DNA of 64,000 nucleotides from a virus (IMGVR_UViG_3300031994_000010:64001-128000); one strand, 5' to 3'. Shown: positions 42,779 through 53,487, numbered from the stretch's first letter. Notes: generated by a model not told the origin, from the sequence alone. Numbers and translations are program-made.

Positions 42779-42803
42779 ATATCTTTTATTTATTAGTTGA
42801 ACC

Positions 42804-42839
42804 CAAAATTACTAAAGATTATTGAATTATAAAAGTCAA
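42804..42839 (-). promoter_or_regulatory. Putative sigmaA-type promoter upstream of primase
   Basis: TTG...TAATTTTG on - strand. Confidence 0.5.
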
Positions 42840-42846
42840 TTAATTA

Positions 42847-43551
42847 TTAATCGTTAAATAAATCATCAAAATCATCATCTCCATTAGAAGCAGAAGATCC
42901 ATCAATATCAGTAGTTATGGGTTTATGAGCTTCTGGGTCAGAGGGAGATGCAGATTCATACTTCTTCTTTTCTCCTTCTTCCCAAGAACTAAAACTAAGT
43001 TTCTTACCAAGGAAGGCAGACATAAATGCTTTACCATCTTGACCAATTGCACAGTTGGTAATACGGGCATATACTTTACCATCTTGAGTCTTTCTTCCAC
43101 AAAGTTTAAGCTGAATATCATTTTCAGCAGTAGGCATAACAGGTTTAGCTAAAAGCTTCTTAACAACTTCAATAAATTGATCGAAAGTCTTAATCTTACC
43201 AGTACTAGTTAATTCCTTAAGTTTCTCAAATCCAGCTGGATTGTAAACTCCAAGAACCTGAGCAATAAAACATTGACTTCTCTCGAAATCAGAAGGCATA
43301 GGCTTTCCATTATACTCACCACGCTCAGTAGTGGTTGGTTCAAAGATTCTCTCTTTATAAATACCATCTTCACATTCAAATGTGAAATCCCATGCTTTCC
43401 AAGAAGCACCATCTTTACGAGAACCTGTTACTGCATCAGAAACTCCACCAAATTTCACTTTCTTATAAATGTTCCAAGGCTTAAGATAATTACTTTCGGT
43501 TGGAGTAGAAATCTCAGAAAAACTTTTAAAACCTGCACTAAAATCCATCAT
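42847..43551 (-). CDS. Probable single-stranded DNA-binding protein
   Basis: Replication cluster; acidic C-terminal tail DDDFDDLFND. Confidence 0.6.
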   Translation of the reverse strand: MMDFSAGFKSFSEISTPTESNYLKPWNIYKKVKFGGVSDAVTGSRKDGASWKAWDFTFECEDGIYKERIFEPTTTERGEYNGKPMPSDFERSQCFIAQVLGVYNPAGFEKLKELTSTGKIKTFDQFIEVVKKLLAKPVMPTAENDIQLKLCGRKTQDGKVYARITNCAIGQDGKAFMSAFLGKKLSFSSWEEGEKKKYESASPSDPEAHKPITTDIDGSSASNGDDDFDDLFND

Positions 43552-43553
43552 AA

Positions 43554-44153
43554 TTAATCGTCTAAATTATCAAGAGTAAAATCCAATTCATCTACCATTT
43601 CTGTTTCTTCATCTGTTAAATTACTATTAAGTTCATCTAATTCTTCTTGAACACTAACTGCTACTGCATCATTCTCTTCTTCTACAGCAGGGTCAGCATT
43701 TCTATTCTTTAATACAAACAATCCATTAGTCTTAGGATGAATATCTAAAACAAATATGTCACCAAACTTTGCTAATTCAGTATTATTCTTTCCACCATAC
43801 CTAATAGTATGTGACTTAGTTAATAGATTACCACCTTTATCGCCAAAAGTTTCTTCTAGACCAATTACTGGATACCGTTTACGATTAATAACTTGCATCT
43901 TAATGTTAATCCTATCACCTTCTTCTACTTTCATAGCAGTGACTGCAGCTTCATTAAGAATTAACTTATTATCCTCTCTGATGAGAAGAGGAGTATCATC
44001 ATCATCCCATTCATTCTTCTTTTTCTTTCTAGTAGTCTTTGGTTTAGAAGCTTTAACTGATTCATCACCAAATTCTCTAGTATCTGTAGTAATTTCTCCA
44101 GTAGCTTCATCAAGAAACTCAGTAACTAAGGTTTGTCTAAGTATTTTAATCAT
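43554..44153 (-). CDS. Hypothetical protein with acidic tail
   Basis: ORF track. Confidence 0.6.
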   Translation of the reverse strand: MIKILRQTLVTEFLDEATGEITTDTREFGDESVKASKPKTTRKKKKNEWDDDDTPLLIREDNKLILNEAAVTAMKVEEGDRINIKMQVINRKRYPVIGLEETFGDKGGNLLTKSHTIRYGGKNNTELAKFGDIFVLDIHPKTNGLFVLKNRNADPAVEEENDAVAVSVQEELDELNSNLTDEETEMVDELDFTLDNLDD

Positions 44154-44856
44154 TTAGTGGTTCTCCATTTTCAAAAGCGTTAATAGTATCTATAACCAAT
44201 TTCATATTGGGTTCTATATACTCATCTTCAAAACAACCTGCAGTACATCTACAAGTATCATGCATTCCTCCTTTAGTTCTAAATTTATATTCAACGGATT
44301 CTCCGTCATCAGAACTAATTTTCTCAGCATAGATAATATAATTAAACAATCCGTCGATATTTACCTTACTAGTTAACATTTTACCAGTAGTAAACATACG
44401 AATTTCTGGGTCTAAATCAGAACCATCATTTACTAAGTGTGAAATAAACACTACAGTTAGGTCGTCTCTTAGAGTCATACTCATTAAAACGAAATCATAG
44501 TAGTTTTTTGCAAGTAACGTGAACTTTTCATACCCTTTCTCGCTAGCTTTAGCAAAGGTCTCTTCACTAAGTAAATAATTTACATCATCTATTACCAATA
44601 CTTTAATTTCTGGCATTTTTAAACTAACTAATTTAGCTATTTGAGTAACTTTATCAAATTTATTACTAAAATACCAATTACCAGACCAATTTCCTTCACT
44701 GTCTTTAGATAACTTTTTATAGTTCTTTCTAAATCCAGGTATTGATAACTGTTTAGGAGTACAACTAATAATAAATGTTGTCTTTGGATCTAAATACTTT
44801 AAACTGGAGCTTTTACCGCTACCACTAAATCCAGCTAATGCTATAATTTGACTCAC
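44146..44856 (-). CDS. AAA_24/Sak4-like ATPase
   Basis: GFSGSGKS, VIDD, ISH, TGKM. Confidence 0.8.
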   Translation of the reverse strand: MSQIIALAGFSGSGKSSSLKYLDPKTTFIISCTPKQLSIPGFRKNYKKLSKDSEGNWSGNWYFSNKFDKVTQIAKLVSLKMPEIKVLVIDDVNYLLSEETFAKASEKGYEKFTLLAKNYYDFVLMSMTLRDDLTVVFISHLVNDGSDLDPEIRMFTTGKMLTSKVNIDGLFNYIIYAEKISSDDGESVEYKFRTKGGMHDTCRCTAGCFEDEYIEPNMKLVIDTINAFENGEPLND

Positions 44857-45926
44857 AATGTAAATGTTAAATTATCCATTTTTTCATCTTTTTCTTCTTT
44901 AGGTTTATCTGCTTTAAATATATTATCATAGTCATAAATTTCTGTAGGCTTAGGAAGCTCTCTAAAATAGCCAGTTAGTCCATCAAAATATAAGACATCA
45001 GCAGCATCGGATTCTCCGTATCTATTCTTTAAACAAATAACAGAACGACATCTTCCGCCTAATTTTTTAATGTCATAACCCCTATAACTAGATAACTTAT
45101 CTTTAATTGGACTATAAACAGCTAAAACAGTTTCAGCATCAAAGCCTGGAACTGAACTATCCATAATATCCTCGATTCTGCTTTCCGAAAACCCTCCTTG
45201 CACGCGAGCCATGCTAGTTCCAGTACGATTTGCTTGCATAATCCATAGAAAACTACTATTAGTCCAGTTTCTAAACTTGACACACCAATCAGAGATACCA
45301 TCTATCTCCTGTTTCTTAGTAGTTCCATTTTGAGGCCGTGCAAGGTTCAAATGGTCTCCGATGAACAATATTACCTTGTCAGGGTTATTAGGCTCATAGC
45401 CGCGACTGGGATGGTCTATATCCGTAAATTTTCCTCGGTCTTTCAAGAAATTTATAACTTTAAAATAGAAACTTTTTGAAGTCATAACTCCATCATCAAA
45501 GTGCAAAATTTTACATACTTTCTCTAACCACTGTCGAGACTCTTGAACTTTTGCATAATCCTCATCGGATAATTTATAGTTCATTTCAATAGATAGAATT
45601 TGTTTAGCTCCTAACCTTATATTATAAGTCTCATAAAGATATAAACTAAGTAATTTAGCTAAAATAAATTCTTTTTTCATCTCTAAGTTAAAGAAAAGTA
45701 TTTCTAATTTATCATCTTCAAGATGTTGTTGAATTGGTTTATACACATAACTATATAAAGTAACCGTACTCTTACCTACTCCCGAAAGAGCAAACAAAAC
45801 AGTATAATTAGCTTTCTTTACTCCATCAGTTAACTTATCTAGTTTAGGTAAACCAGTACTATAACCCCAGTTTCTACCTTGTCTGCCAGTATCAATTTCA
45901 TTATAAAAAGAATCAAGAACGGTCAT
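44853..45926 (-). CDS. dnaB: DnaB-like replicative helicase
   Basis: STGLPKLD, SGVGKS, LEM, DH, QANR, KNRYG. Confidence 0.85.
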   Translation of the reverse strand: MTVLDSFYNEIDTGRQGRNWGYSTGLPKLDKLTDGVKKANYTVLFALSGVGKSTVTLYSYVYKPIQQHLEDDKLEILFFNLEMKKEFILAKLLSLYLYETYNIRLGAKQILSIEMNYKLSDEDYAKVQESRQWLEKVCKILHFDDGVMTSKSFYFKVINFLKDRGKFTDIDHPSRGYEPNNPDKVILFIGDHLNLARPQNGTTKKQEIDGISDWCVKFRNWTNSSFLWIMQANRTGTSMARVQGGFSESRIEDIMDSSVPGFDAETVLAVYSPIKDKLSSYRGYDIKKLGGRCRSVICLKNRYGESDAADVLYFDGLTGYFRELPKPTEIYDYDNIFKADKPKEEKDEKMDNLTFTL

Positions 45927-46531
45927 AAACTCCTAATGGTTTCATAGTTGATGTTTGCTAGTTTACCATCTTTAAGAGCTTGTAACTCATTCCATTTCCT
46001 ATCTATGATGAATGAGCTGAGAGACATATTAATAAAATGTACTTCATTATTCTGTTCCCATTTAATTAAGTCTATTATTTCTTTGTGTTTCTCTGGATTC
46101 CAATTAATTGACTTACTATAATACCTAAAAGCATCTTCTGGAGTATTAAACTTCTTAGATATAGAACGGATTGAAACAATTGAACCGTTAATATTAGCAA
46201 ACATTGGATAAGTTTCAAATAATTCTGAACCCATCTCAAACGATGCTTTCCAAAATGTTTTAATAACATTCTTATTTAATTCCACATCAAGAGGATTAAA
46301 TTTTTCTCCTTTGCCAGGTATTTTATAAGACTTGAGTATGACTCCTTTATTTTGAAGAGAAAGTAGAATCTCTCTAAAAGTACTTTTATTGGAATCAATC
46401 TGTAAATATCGATATAGATAATCTTTATTATCTTCGAATAGAAGTATAGTCTTTAGAACAAATAGTTCCGTTGGATTAAGTCTATACTTCTCTAAAATAA
46501 CTATGTCATCATCAATATTATAAGTGTTCAA
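45923..46531 (-). CDS. Hypothetical replication protein (HTH-like)
   Basis: Between helicases; LFETYP motif. Confidence 0.55.
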   Translation of the reverse strand: MNTYNIDDDIVILEKYRLNPTELFVLKTILLFEDNKDYLYRYLQIDSNKSTFREILLSLQNKGVILKSYKIPGKGEKFNPLDVELNKNVIKTFWKASFEMGSELFETYPMFANINGSIVSIRSISKKFNTPEDAFRYYSKSINWNPEKHKEIIDLIKWEQNNEVHFINMSLSSFIIDRKWNELQALKDGKLANINYETIRSL

Positions 46532-46601
46532 TGTAGTATAAAAATGTTTACACTACGAAATAGTTAATATCCTCTCGGATTTGTAATAATTTGTATAAGA
46601 G

Positions 46602-47882
46602 TTACCAACGAAAATACAAGTTAGTCAAAGACTTACTTGTTGGAGTTATCTCCTCTCCAGCTAATATTTCATCTAATTCTTTTTCATCAATTTTTGTTAT
46701 GTTTGCTCCATAAGCATTCTTTAACCAAGATTCTTCAACGGTTCCTCTAATAACAAGTATAAAGTTCTCAGCAACTTTACCTTTTTCCATTCTAATAACA
46801 CGTCCTCTTTTTTGAATAGCTTTAGTCTTACTACTGTCTATACCTAAATGAATAGCAACACTTAAACCTTTCAAGTCTGCACCTTCATTTAATTTTTGGC
46901 AAGAGTTAATTAGAGCTGGAGCGGGCATTTCACTAAATTCTTCTAATGTAGCTCGTCCTTTTTTCTTAGACATTTTACCTGTGTAAACATATCCTATACC
47001 AATAGACTCTGCCATCTTGACATTATTAGAAAAAGTGATTATTTTTTTATCAGAACGTGCTTCAATTATTTTTCGAGCTATCTCGACCTTTTTAGGATGG
47101 TTATTAATGAACTTTTTACGAGCTTGCATTACTCTCATAAAGCCTGCTGAGTGTATTATAATTGACTTTAAAACTTGAGATTTTTCTTCTTTTGTTCCCT
47201 TTGGACACATTCTATCCCGAAGTCTAAGTCTCCCGTTTAAACCATTAGGTCCCACGCAGGACATGACTAATCCAAAATCGTGGTTAAAGAACTCAAAGTG
47301 CTCATAAAACTCTTTATTTAATTGATTGTAGTAGTCTATGTCGTCTACATCAATTAGAACTGCGTACTCTTTATACTTGCTTATCCACCCATTAAAAAGA
47401 GCTTCTTCAGTGGAGATTTTATCAATAACTGGACAGTATTTAGCTATTAACTCTTCTTTTCCATCCAATCTTTCAAATGTTGCAGTTAATCCTAAGATAT
47501 ATTTGTAATTAACTACATTAAATATCTTAGAGAATAATTCTGACCCATAACGATGGAGTTCATCAAGTACTAAGATAGTTGTTTTCCAATTTACCTTAAC
47601 TGCACTATTAATAATTTGAACTTCTCCATTAAAGGAAAGGCCTCTTTCATCGAGTTGAGCCAACCATTGGTCTTGTAATGCTTGTGTAGGAACTATAACA
47701 AGATATTTTACATTAGGGTTGTGCTTAATTGCCTTAGAAAGAATATTAAGCCCAATTCTGGTTTTTCCTAGGCCAGTGGGTGCAACTATACACCCCTTTC
47801 CTCGGTGTTTAAACCAGTTTTTCATGCACATTTCTTGTCTTTCGTCCCTTGTATAAGGAGTAAACAGTTCTAATTGTTTCAC
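46602..47882 (-). CDS. SF2 DEAD/DEAH helicase
   Basis: PTGLGKT, DELH, LTAT, EGAD, QKRGRVIR. Confidence 0.9.
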   Translation of the reverse strand: MKQLELFTPYTRDERQEMCMKNWFKHRGKGCIVAPTGLGKTRIGLNILSKAIKHNPNVKYLVIVPTQALQDQWLAQLDERGLSFNGEVQIINSAVKVNWKTTILVLDELHRYGSELFSKIFNVVNYKYILGLTATFERLDGKEELIAKYCPVIDKISTEEALFNGWISKYKEYAVLIDVDDIDYYNQLNKEFYEHFEFFNHDFGLVMSCVGPNGLNGRLRLRDRMCPKGTKEEKSQVLKSIIIHSAGFMRVMQARKKFINNHPKKVEIARKIIEARSDKKIITFSNNVKMAESIGIGYVYTGKMSKKKGRATLEEFSEMPAPALINSCQKLNEGADLKGLSVAIHLGIDSSKTKAIQKRGRVIRMEKGKVAENFILVIRGTVEESWLKNAYGANITKIDEKELDEILAGEEITPTSKSLTNLYFRW

Positions 47883-47886
47883 CTAA

Positions 47887-48777
47887 TTACTCATTTGGTC
47901 TGTGTGACTTAAGTTCAATTCCACGAACCTTACAAACTTCTTCAATTTGTGAAATTCTGGTTTCCCATTGAACTATATGATTTTCAATTTCTTCAATAAA
48001 TCTAAACAGGATTTTATTTCGGAGAAGAACAAGTTGGTCAGTAGTAAGCTCAGAATACTTCTTGGTACGAAGATTTAACATAGCTCGTAATTCTGCATAT
48101 GTTAATCCAGCTTGATTAGTCTTAAGTCTTACCTTATCACTGAGATTATGACGATGCTTAATAGTCACTAATCTATCAATCAGTTGACCCTTACTATCAT
48201 ATTCCTTTAAATCTTCACGCTCTTGTGGAGTAAACCAAATACCCAACTTAGTAATGAAGTTAAGAGACAAGTGAGTACGGTCAAAGATTCCAAGACTATC
48301 CAAACAAGCATCTCTAACTTGTTCAATAGTGATGTCCCTAAATTCTGCAGGAAATTCAGCATCAGATGTTACATTATCAATAGTTACTTCAGAATATTTC
48401 TCTTTTGGAAGAACGTCTAGATTATTATCTAAGAGTTCTTTCAAATCCATATAATACAAATGCCTAGAATACAGAGGTCTTCCGTTTGAATTCAAATACT
48501 TTCCTTCAACATATCTGATAAATAGTTCAACATTACATTTAGCTTGTTGCTCCTTTACCATTTTAAGTAGTACATATCTTCCAGGATTCTTTCTATCTGT
48601 ATTATACAACATAGAAAGACAATGATCGTAAAACTTATTTAATTGCTCTTCAGTAGCATCCATTAACTTTATAGTTGGTTGCATTACTTCTCCAGCAACT
48701 TCACGTTTTGGGCCTTTCCAAATATAACCATCTATACTATTCAAAGCCTCCTGCAATTTTTCTCCAAGTACTCCCAT
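47887..48777 (-). CDS. Hypothetical protein
   Basis: 296-aa ORF. Confidence 0.7.
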   Translation of the reverse strand: MGVLGEKLQEALNSIDGYIWKGPKREVAGEVMQPTIKLMDATEEQLNKFYDHCLSMLYNTDRKNPGRYVLLKMVKEQQAKCNVELFIRYVEGKYLNSNGRPLYSRHLYYMDLKELLDNNLDVLPKEKYSEVTIDNVTSDAEFPAEFRDITIEQVRDACLDSLGIFDRTHLSLNFITKLGIWFTPQEREDLKEYDSKGQLIDRLVTIKHRHNLSDKVRLKTNQAGLTYAELRAMLNLRTKKYSELTTDQLVLLRNKILFRFIEEIENHIVQWETRISQIEEVCKVRGIELKSHRPNE

Positions 48778-48795
48778 AATTAAATTTTCTTTTAA

Positions 48796-49116
48796 TCATA
48801 AAACAATATCTTTATTAAAATTATCTGGTAAATCTAATATAAACTTAAGAAATTGAATATTAGTATACTTATATGGAACTTGTGTATTAGTATTAGTATC
48901 ATACCAAGTGTCTTCACCAGCAATAATCTCAGCATACGTGAGAAATCCTGTATCAAAAAGTTTAAAAGACTCATTATCCCAATTAGGATATCTAACACAC
49001 ATTATATATTTATTTGTCCAATGATTAGATTCTAAATTACAAAATACATAAGTTATATATCCATCTATATCTATATTATAATCTACTAATTTAGCCCGAA
49101 TTGTTATTTTCTGCAT
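48796..49116 (-). CDS. Hypothetical beta-rich protein
   Basis: ORF track. Confidence 0.6.
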   Translation of the reverse strand: MQKITIRAKLVDYNIDIDGYITYVFCNLESNHWTNKYIMCVRYPNWDNESFKLFDTGFLTYAEIIAGEDTWYDTNTNTQVPYKYTNIQFLKFILDLPDNFNKDIVL

Positions 49117-49241
49117 AGTCTATACATCCATATTTAGCAAAATCACATCTACAATGATCAGCTTGCCCATCAAAACACGGATATTTCCTACACTCTATAC
49201 AAGTTCGTTCAGGAAATTTAAATTTAATTCCCCATTTATCT

Positions 49242-49604
49242 TTACTTTCCACAGATTAATAATATCAAAGATACAACAAATCCTACTCCAGTACCAGTTA
49301 TTAAAGTATTTTTAACTTTAATAGATTTATTTAACTTTTTAATTCTTGCTTCTTGGTCACTAATAACAGATTGATAAACAAGACTGTTTGTTTCACATTC
49401 AGTATTAAGTTCCTTTAAATCAGTAATTTCTTGTTCTAATAAAGGAACTTTTTTACTTAGAAACTCATGCTCAGCAAAAATCATATTAGTTAGCTTTAAC
49501 TGTTCTGCTGTTATGGTGTAAGTTGTATCGTTCGAGATAGTCTGAGAAAAACAGTGTGTCAGCGGCAAAAGACTGATTAAAAATGATAGAACAATTCTTT
49601 TCAT
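49242..49604 (-). CDS. Secreted coiled-coil protein with C-terminal TM (spanin-like)
   Basis: Signal peptide, coiled coil, C-terminal hydrophobic helix; overlaps upstream TM gene. Confidence 0.45.
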   Translation of the reverse strand: MKRIVLSFLISLLPLTHCFSQTISNDTTYTITAEQLKLTNMIFAEHEFLSKKVPLLEQEITDLKELNTECETNSLVYQSVISDQEARIKKLNKSIKVKNTLITGTGVGFVVSLILLICGK

Positions 49605-49773
49605 AATTAGTATTTAATATGAGGATACTATCTTCGATATTTTCAATCTCATGTTTCAAACTATCAGTAGGAGAGATTATTTTAGATTGTGGTTTATTAC
49701 AATAGTAAAAAATCCCTCCTACTATGAGCAAACTAATTGTTGCTAAGAGACTCCAAGTTATCGCTTTCATCAA
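49486..49773 (-). CDS. N-terminal TM coiled-coil protein (spanin-like)
   Basis: TM + coiled coil; 119-nt overlap with next gene. Confidence 0.45.
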   Translation of the reverse strand: MMKAITWSLLATISLLIVGGIFYYCNKPQSKIISPTDSLKHEIENIEDSILILNTNYEKNCSIIFNQSFAADTLFFSDYLERYNLHHNSRTVKAN

Positions 49774-50158
49774 AAATCAAATCATCATATTTGTTATAAG
49801 CATAATCCCAATTGGCTAGCTCCTGATTTAGATAGTCTATTACTAACTCAGAAATCTTTCTGCCAATCTTGTAAACTTTCCTATAAGCTTTGGCTTCTGC
49901 TATTCTCTTACCAACAATTTCATCGTAAGTGTCTCGTCCTCCGCAAACAGTTTTAGCTTCTACTTCAAAGGTATGATAACCATATCCTACTTTATGCTTA
50001 AACGCAGGCTGTGTGAAATACTCACCTAATTTATGTACCAACCGAGGACCCATAAAGTTATATACATCTGACTCTGGAACTTTAACTCCACAATAAAGTT
50101 TACAAATAGTGACATTGCCACTCTTAAAGATTTTCTTGTCTACAATTTCGATTTTCAT
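49733..50158 (-). CDS. Hypothetical phage protein
   Basis: ORF track. Confidence 0.6.
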   Translation of the reverse strand: MKIEIVDKKIFKSGNVTICKLYCGVKVPESDVYNFMGPRLVHKLGEYFTQPAFKHKVGYGYHTFEVEAKTVCGGRDTYDEIVGKRIAEAKAYRKVYKIGRKISELVIDYLNQELANWDYAYNKYDDLIFDESDNLESLSNN

Positions 50159-51153
50159 AATTTAAATCTGTTAAATAATTTTTTGATTTTAGTATTTAAA
50201 TCTATATCATATATTGAACACCAGTCATTTGAGTTGTATATGTCTAATATTTCTTCTGGAGATAAATCTTCTTCTGAAGTGATTTCAGAATGTTTAAGAG
50301 GATTTATTTCAATACCTTCTGCTCTTAACCAAACATGAAAACATCCGTCTCCTTCAGGTTCTCCGTCAAATAAAACTGTGTATTCAACTTCTAATTCAGA
50401 TAACTTTTGAGCTATTACGCTAGCCACATAGCAACACCCTCCTCGATTAATATAATATTTATTATCGAGATATACACAAAGATTGTTAATACGTCTTATT
50501 AAACGTTTGACTCTGTAATATCCGGGTCTATTGGTAACTTCTTGCATTTTTCTGTTAATTCGTCTATTATTTCTCTATATTCCTTAAGGTACTCCGACAT
50601 AGTTAAAGCTTCCTCAGGATGTTTATTATGCATCCTATAGGCAGCAATGACCAATATAGCATGGTCCAAAGTATAACCATATCCTTCTAGCTTAAATTCT
50701 TCTCTAGAAGCACATCCTTTCGGTTTAATAGTTTTTAATAAGTACAAATCCCAGAAAATAGCAGAGTTACTAATTTGCTCTAACCTATAATCAGACTCTT
50801 CTATAATCATTTCTTTTCTGAACCAGGTCTTGTAGTTGCGTTTTTATGACTCTGTGGATAACTGTCCCACTCCTTCTGTCTCGCTTGTAGCTTCTTTATC
50901 CGATTTTTCTGTTTCATAAAACTCGCTAATTTCATTAAACATATTTCTTAGATCTTTTCTAATCTTTTCTTCTGAACTATCTAAATCTTTTTGTTTAAGA
51001 AGTTCTACACTACTTTCTATGTAAGCAGATGTTACAATAGCTAATGCAGATAGTCCTTCTAAAATAGTAGGTGCAGAAGCTTGAAACACAGCATTAATAG
51101 CTGTAGTTAATTGTTCAATTTTTTCTAATTCTTCGTTATTCATATAACAATAA

Positions 51154-51197
51154 AAAAATAAGGGAGTACCAAAGCATTACTGCTCTGATACTCCCTT
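51154..51197 (-). terminator. Intrinsic terminator after rnhA
   Basis: aagggagta...tactccctt stem plus T-tract. Confidence 0.7.
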
Positions 51198-51198
51198 G

Positions 51199-51612
51199 TT
51201 AATCCATAAATTCTTTACTAGCTGCTACAGCTAATGAATCACATAGATTATTAAAGGAGTTGGAAGCATGTCCTTCGACCCATTCAAATTCGATTTTAGT
51301 CTTAACTAATGCCTGTGCTTTAGCAAAAACTTTATCAAATTGTTCCCAAAGAGAAACATTCTTTTTACGTTTCCAACCTTTAGTAGCACATCCTATGACA
51401 TACATACTATCGGTTTTAATCGTTAAAGAATCAATTGGCTGTTTAATAGAACCTAGAGCTAATATGACTGCTCCTAATTCCATTTTATTATTTGTAACAC
51501 CTTTATATGCTTTAGAGTACCTATATAACTCTTTTTCATTTTCAGTTGCTACTAATGCCAATCCCCCTTGGTCTCTGGCGGAAGAATAACTACCATCGGT
51601 ATAAATTACCAT
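51199..51612 (-). CDS. rnhA: Ribonuclease HI
   Basis: YTDGS, TNNKMEL, TDSMYV, WVEGH, N..CD. Confidence 0.92.
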   Translation of the reverse strand: MVIYTDGSYSSARDQGGLALVATENEKELYRYSKAYKGVTNNKMELGAVILALGSIKQPIDSLTIKTDSMYVIGCATKGWKRKKNVSLWEQFDKVFAKAQALVKTKIEFEWVEGHASNSFNNLCDSLAVAASKEFMD

Positions 51613-51770
51613 TACTCGCTCATCTATGCGATTGTATCTACATTAACTGTGTCTACCAATGTATCCACAACTTCTGTAGAATCAGAATTATCTACTACGT
51701 TTTCTACTTTGTTTCCAGTACAAGCCATCATAAATAATGAGGCTACAAACACAAAAATTAACTTTTTCAT
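51612..51770 (-). CDS. Small lipoprotein (TAG read-through near C-terminus)
   Basis: MKKLIFVFVASLFMMAC lipobox; TAG 51624-51626 then TAA overlapping rnhA ATG. Confidence 0.6.
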
Positions 51771-52192
51771 TTTTTTCTCTAATTTACTATACGTTTAAGA
51801 CATTTTGTATATAAGGTATTACCTTTGCCGGCATACCCAAGATTTTCTAAAAATTTATAATAATCTCCACCCTTATACTTAGATTGAATCAATTTTTTAT
51901 AGGCCTTTACTGACTCAGCCCAGTGAGTATAGGTTCTATAGCCCCTTGCACTATTTAAACCAAAGAGATTATTCTTTACTCGGCAGATTCTTGAAGTGTA
52001 GTTGCCAGTCTCGAGTTTGGCTTGAGCTAACACTATTTCAGGAAATTTAATATCGTTTTTTATTAATTCTGCCATCAATGTACTGTCATTTAAGGTTTGA
52101 GAGTTAGCTAAGCTCACACTACCTATAAATAAGACAATACATAAAACTAATTTTTTCATCATCTACTGATATGATTTCATTAATCTGCTCAT
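51767..52192 (-). CDS. Glucosaminidase (GH73-like peptidoglycan hydrolase) with signal peptide; two in-frame TAGs
   Basis: AQAKLETG, NNLFGL, GYA; core ORF 51779-52162, extended by TAG read-through at both ends. Confidence 0.75.
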
Positions 52193-52346
52193 AAACATGG
52201 ATTCACTCCTGCTTTTATTGCTGGACCATACATTTTGCTCCAACTGTTAACATAAGCTCTTCCAATTCTCTTAACTAAACTAATTGCTCTCTTCATAATT
52301 GTTCTTAAATTTAAAGTTTAATAAATAAATAATCTGAGAGGACGGA

Positions 52347-52420
52347 GGGAGTTTGATAGGGTTCGAACCTATGTATACCAGAACCACAATCTGGCGCCTA
52401 ACCACTCGGCCACAAGCTCC
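52347..52420 (-). tRNA. tRNA-His(GTG)
   Basis: CCAGA-TT-GTG-GT-TCTGG arm, GTTCGAA T-loop. Confidence 0.88.
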
Positions 52421-52589
52421 ATATCAAAATTTTGATTCATCAGACCTGCTGAAAAGGTAAAAGGACGGGCTAATTCAGCCCGGCCTTATATATAATATAC
52501 TACTTAATATACTACTCTCTACCATTAAATAGGGTGTGTAGTAACGTAGTTATTTTATATATAATAACAACAACTGCCTCAGTAACAGT

Positions 52590-52692
52590 AAATTTAATAG
52601 AAATTTCGACATAAAACAAATAAAATTTCTATCAGTAAACTATCTGACTGTTATCGAACACAATTTTATAAATTTTTTTCGAGACTACCAAA
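52590..52692 (-). promoter_or_regulatory. Two tandem sigmaA-type promoters
   Basis: TTTG-N20-TAAAATTG (52692-52661) and TTTG-N20-TAAATTTA (about 52620-52589). Confidence 0.5.
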
Positions 52693-52881
52693 TTAAAAAA
52701 TTTTGAAGCTAATTGGTCAATTTTTTCAAAAATACAAAAAGAGAGTTTAATCCAGGTAGTTTGTTAGCCCTATCCCTTCATAAACTCTCTCCCATGTCCT
52801 TTTAGTAAAAGAACTAAAAACCCGCAGATTTTCATGTTGTAAATCCACGGCAAAAAGTCACTAACAATTTAATAAAAATAA

Positions 52882-53091
52882 TTAATTGGTGCAAATAACA
52901 GACACCACCTTTGTAGTTCCGTTTACTGCACCAATCATTCTATCATCAGCTTTATATTGCCATTCTACGTCTCGAATCCCAAAATGGCCCAAAGCATTAA
53001 CAACTTCCTGTCCCTTTTGAACAGGTTCTTCTATTCCACCACACTGATATACACCAGTACTAGTGTCAACAATTTGTACAAATACTTTCAT
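52882..53091 (-). CDS. Small hypothetical protein
   Basis: ORF track. Confidence 0.55.
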   Translation of the reverse strand: MKVFVQIVDTSTGVYQCGGIEEPVQKGQEVVNALGHFGIRDVEWQYKADDRMIGAVNGTTKVVSVICTN

Positions 53092-53179
53092 AACTATTCG
53101 TAATAGTACTCATATTTAGATACTATGTTATATCTAATGAGTAATTTAATAAAAAAGAATTTAATTTTATACATAATAG

Positions 53180-53251
53180 AGCTTCATACCGGGCTCGAAC
53201 CGATATCTTTACATTACAAGTGTAATATTCTACCAATTAAACTAATGAAGC
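53180..53251 (-). tRNA. tRNA-Thr(TGT)
   Basis: TTACA-CT-TGT-AA-TGTAA. Confidence 0.88.
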
Positions 53252-53261
53252 AATTTTTAAG

Positions 53262-53334
53262 TGGGACAGGGTGGTTACGCTCCACCTCCTCTGGATTTTC
53301 AGTCCAGCGCTTCTACTAAGTTAGCTTCTCTCCC
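53262..53334 (-). tRNA. tRNA-Phe(GAA)
   Basis: CTGGA-CT-GAA-AA-TCCAG; atypical T-loop. Confidence 0.85.
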
Positions 53335-53415
53335 TAAAATGAAGTACCCATGCTTCAAACAAACTACCCTAGAAATAGTTCTAACACAAATACTCCATAA
53401 CCTTGCCAGGTTGGG

Positions 53416-53487
53416 CTGGAATGGAGAATTACGATATCTCGACCGACGGCTTAACGGGCCGTTGCTCTGCCTCTGAGCTACATTCCA
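53416..53487 (-). tRNA. tRNA-Asn(GTT)
   Basis: ACGGC-CC-GTT-AA-GCCGT; atypical T-loop. Confidence 0.82.
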
